Position numbers and translations under genes: made by a program. A DNA stretch of 64,000 bases from contig SLIZ01000104.1 of assembly GCA_007135395.1 (NCBI GenBank), positions 4,034 to 68,033 on the forward strand, read 5' to 3'. This document shows positions 63,976 through 64,000 of this stretch, piece by piece. The stretch is from Wenzhouxiangellaceae bacterium (GTDB lineage Bacteria > Pseudomonadota > Gammaproteobacteria > Xanthomonadales > Wenzhouxiangellaceae). Under the pieces are notes generated by a model, which was not told the origin of the DNA, did no database searches, and saw nothing but the letters and a program-made list of their open reading frames with translations. Each line of letters opens with the position of its first letter. Positions within the stretch are counted from its first letter, which is position 1.

Positions 63976-64000
63976 TCCCGCCGCAACGCCCGTTCGGGTT

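Noticed and set aside
1-64000. Search by eye for CRISPR arrays, IS elements/transposases, integrases, toxin-antitoxin pairs, restriction-modification genes and known phage-defence genes
   Set aside because: None found. No regularly spaced direct repeats occur, and no ORF has transposase, integrase or nuclease motifs. The only GTPase (DUF3482) lies in what looks like a housekeeping context rather than a defence island.

Overview
GC-rich chromosomal segment that looks gammaproteobacterial by gene content. My hand counts on a few 60-nt lines give about 63-66 % GC; this was not computed. It is mostly core anaerobic-respiration and nitrogen genes. From the left on the minus strand: partial narG preceded by two narK transporters, nsrR and nnrS, then nadA (+), a receiver-EAL protein and tRNA-Arg(CCG) followed by scars of its own 3' half. 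Next come a small secreted NPY-repeat protein, an ACR3/BASS-like transporter, an orphan 417-aa protein divergent from an LVIVD beta-propeller protein, and a five-gene overlapping operon joining a TPR Ser/Thr kinase to an Mla/MCE-type ABC system. These are followed by an alanine/glycine symporter, a secreted TPR protein with a 2OG-Fe(II) oxygenase, and glnA-DUF4124-ntrB-ntrC. The plus-strand half carries a secreted M14 peptidase with a coupled DUF2868 membrane protein and DUF3482 GTPase, cspA, an ECF-sigma fragment, hemN, and one uninterrupted ccoNOQP-orf-ccoGHIS-DsbD_2 block. It continues with an acetyl-CoA hydrolase/transferase-family protein, a second M14 peptidase, and a CDGSH-glutamate-synthase-domain fusion coupled to an alpha/beta hydrolase. 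The last ~5.8 kb (57.5-63.3 kb) is visibly lower in GC (~47-52 % by spot counts). It holds an adhesin fragment, a yqjD/E/K-like stress operon, an AI-2E transporter, a PRC-barrel protein, DUF4112 and TetR. I found no CRISPR array, transposase, integrase or rRNA. The best candidates for uncharacterised systems are the M14/DUF2868/DUF3482 module and the kinase-MCE operon. All family assignments come from motif recognition by eye, not from searches.
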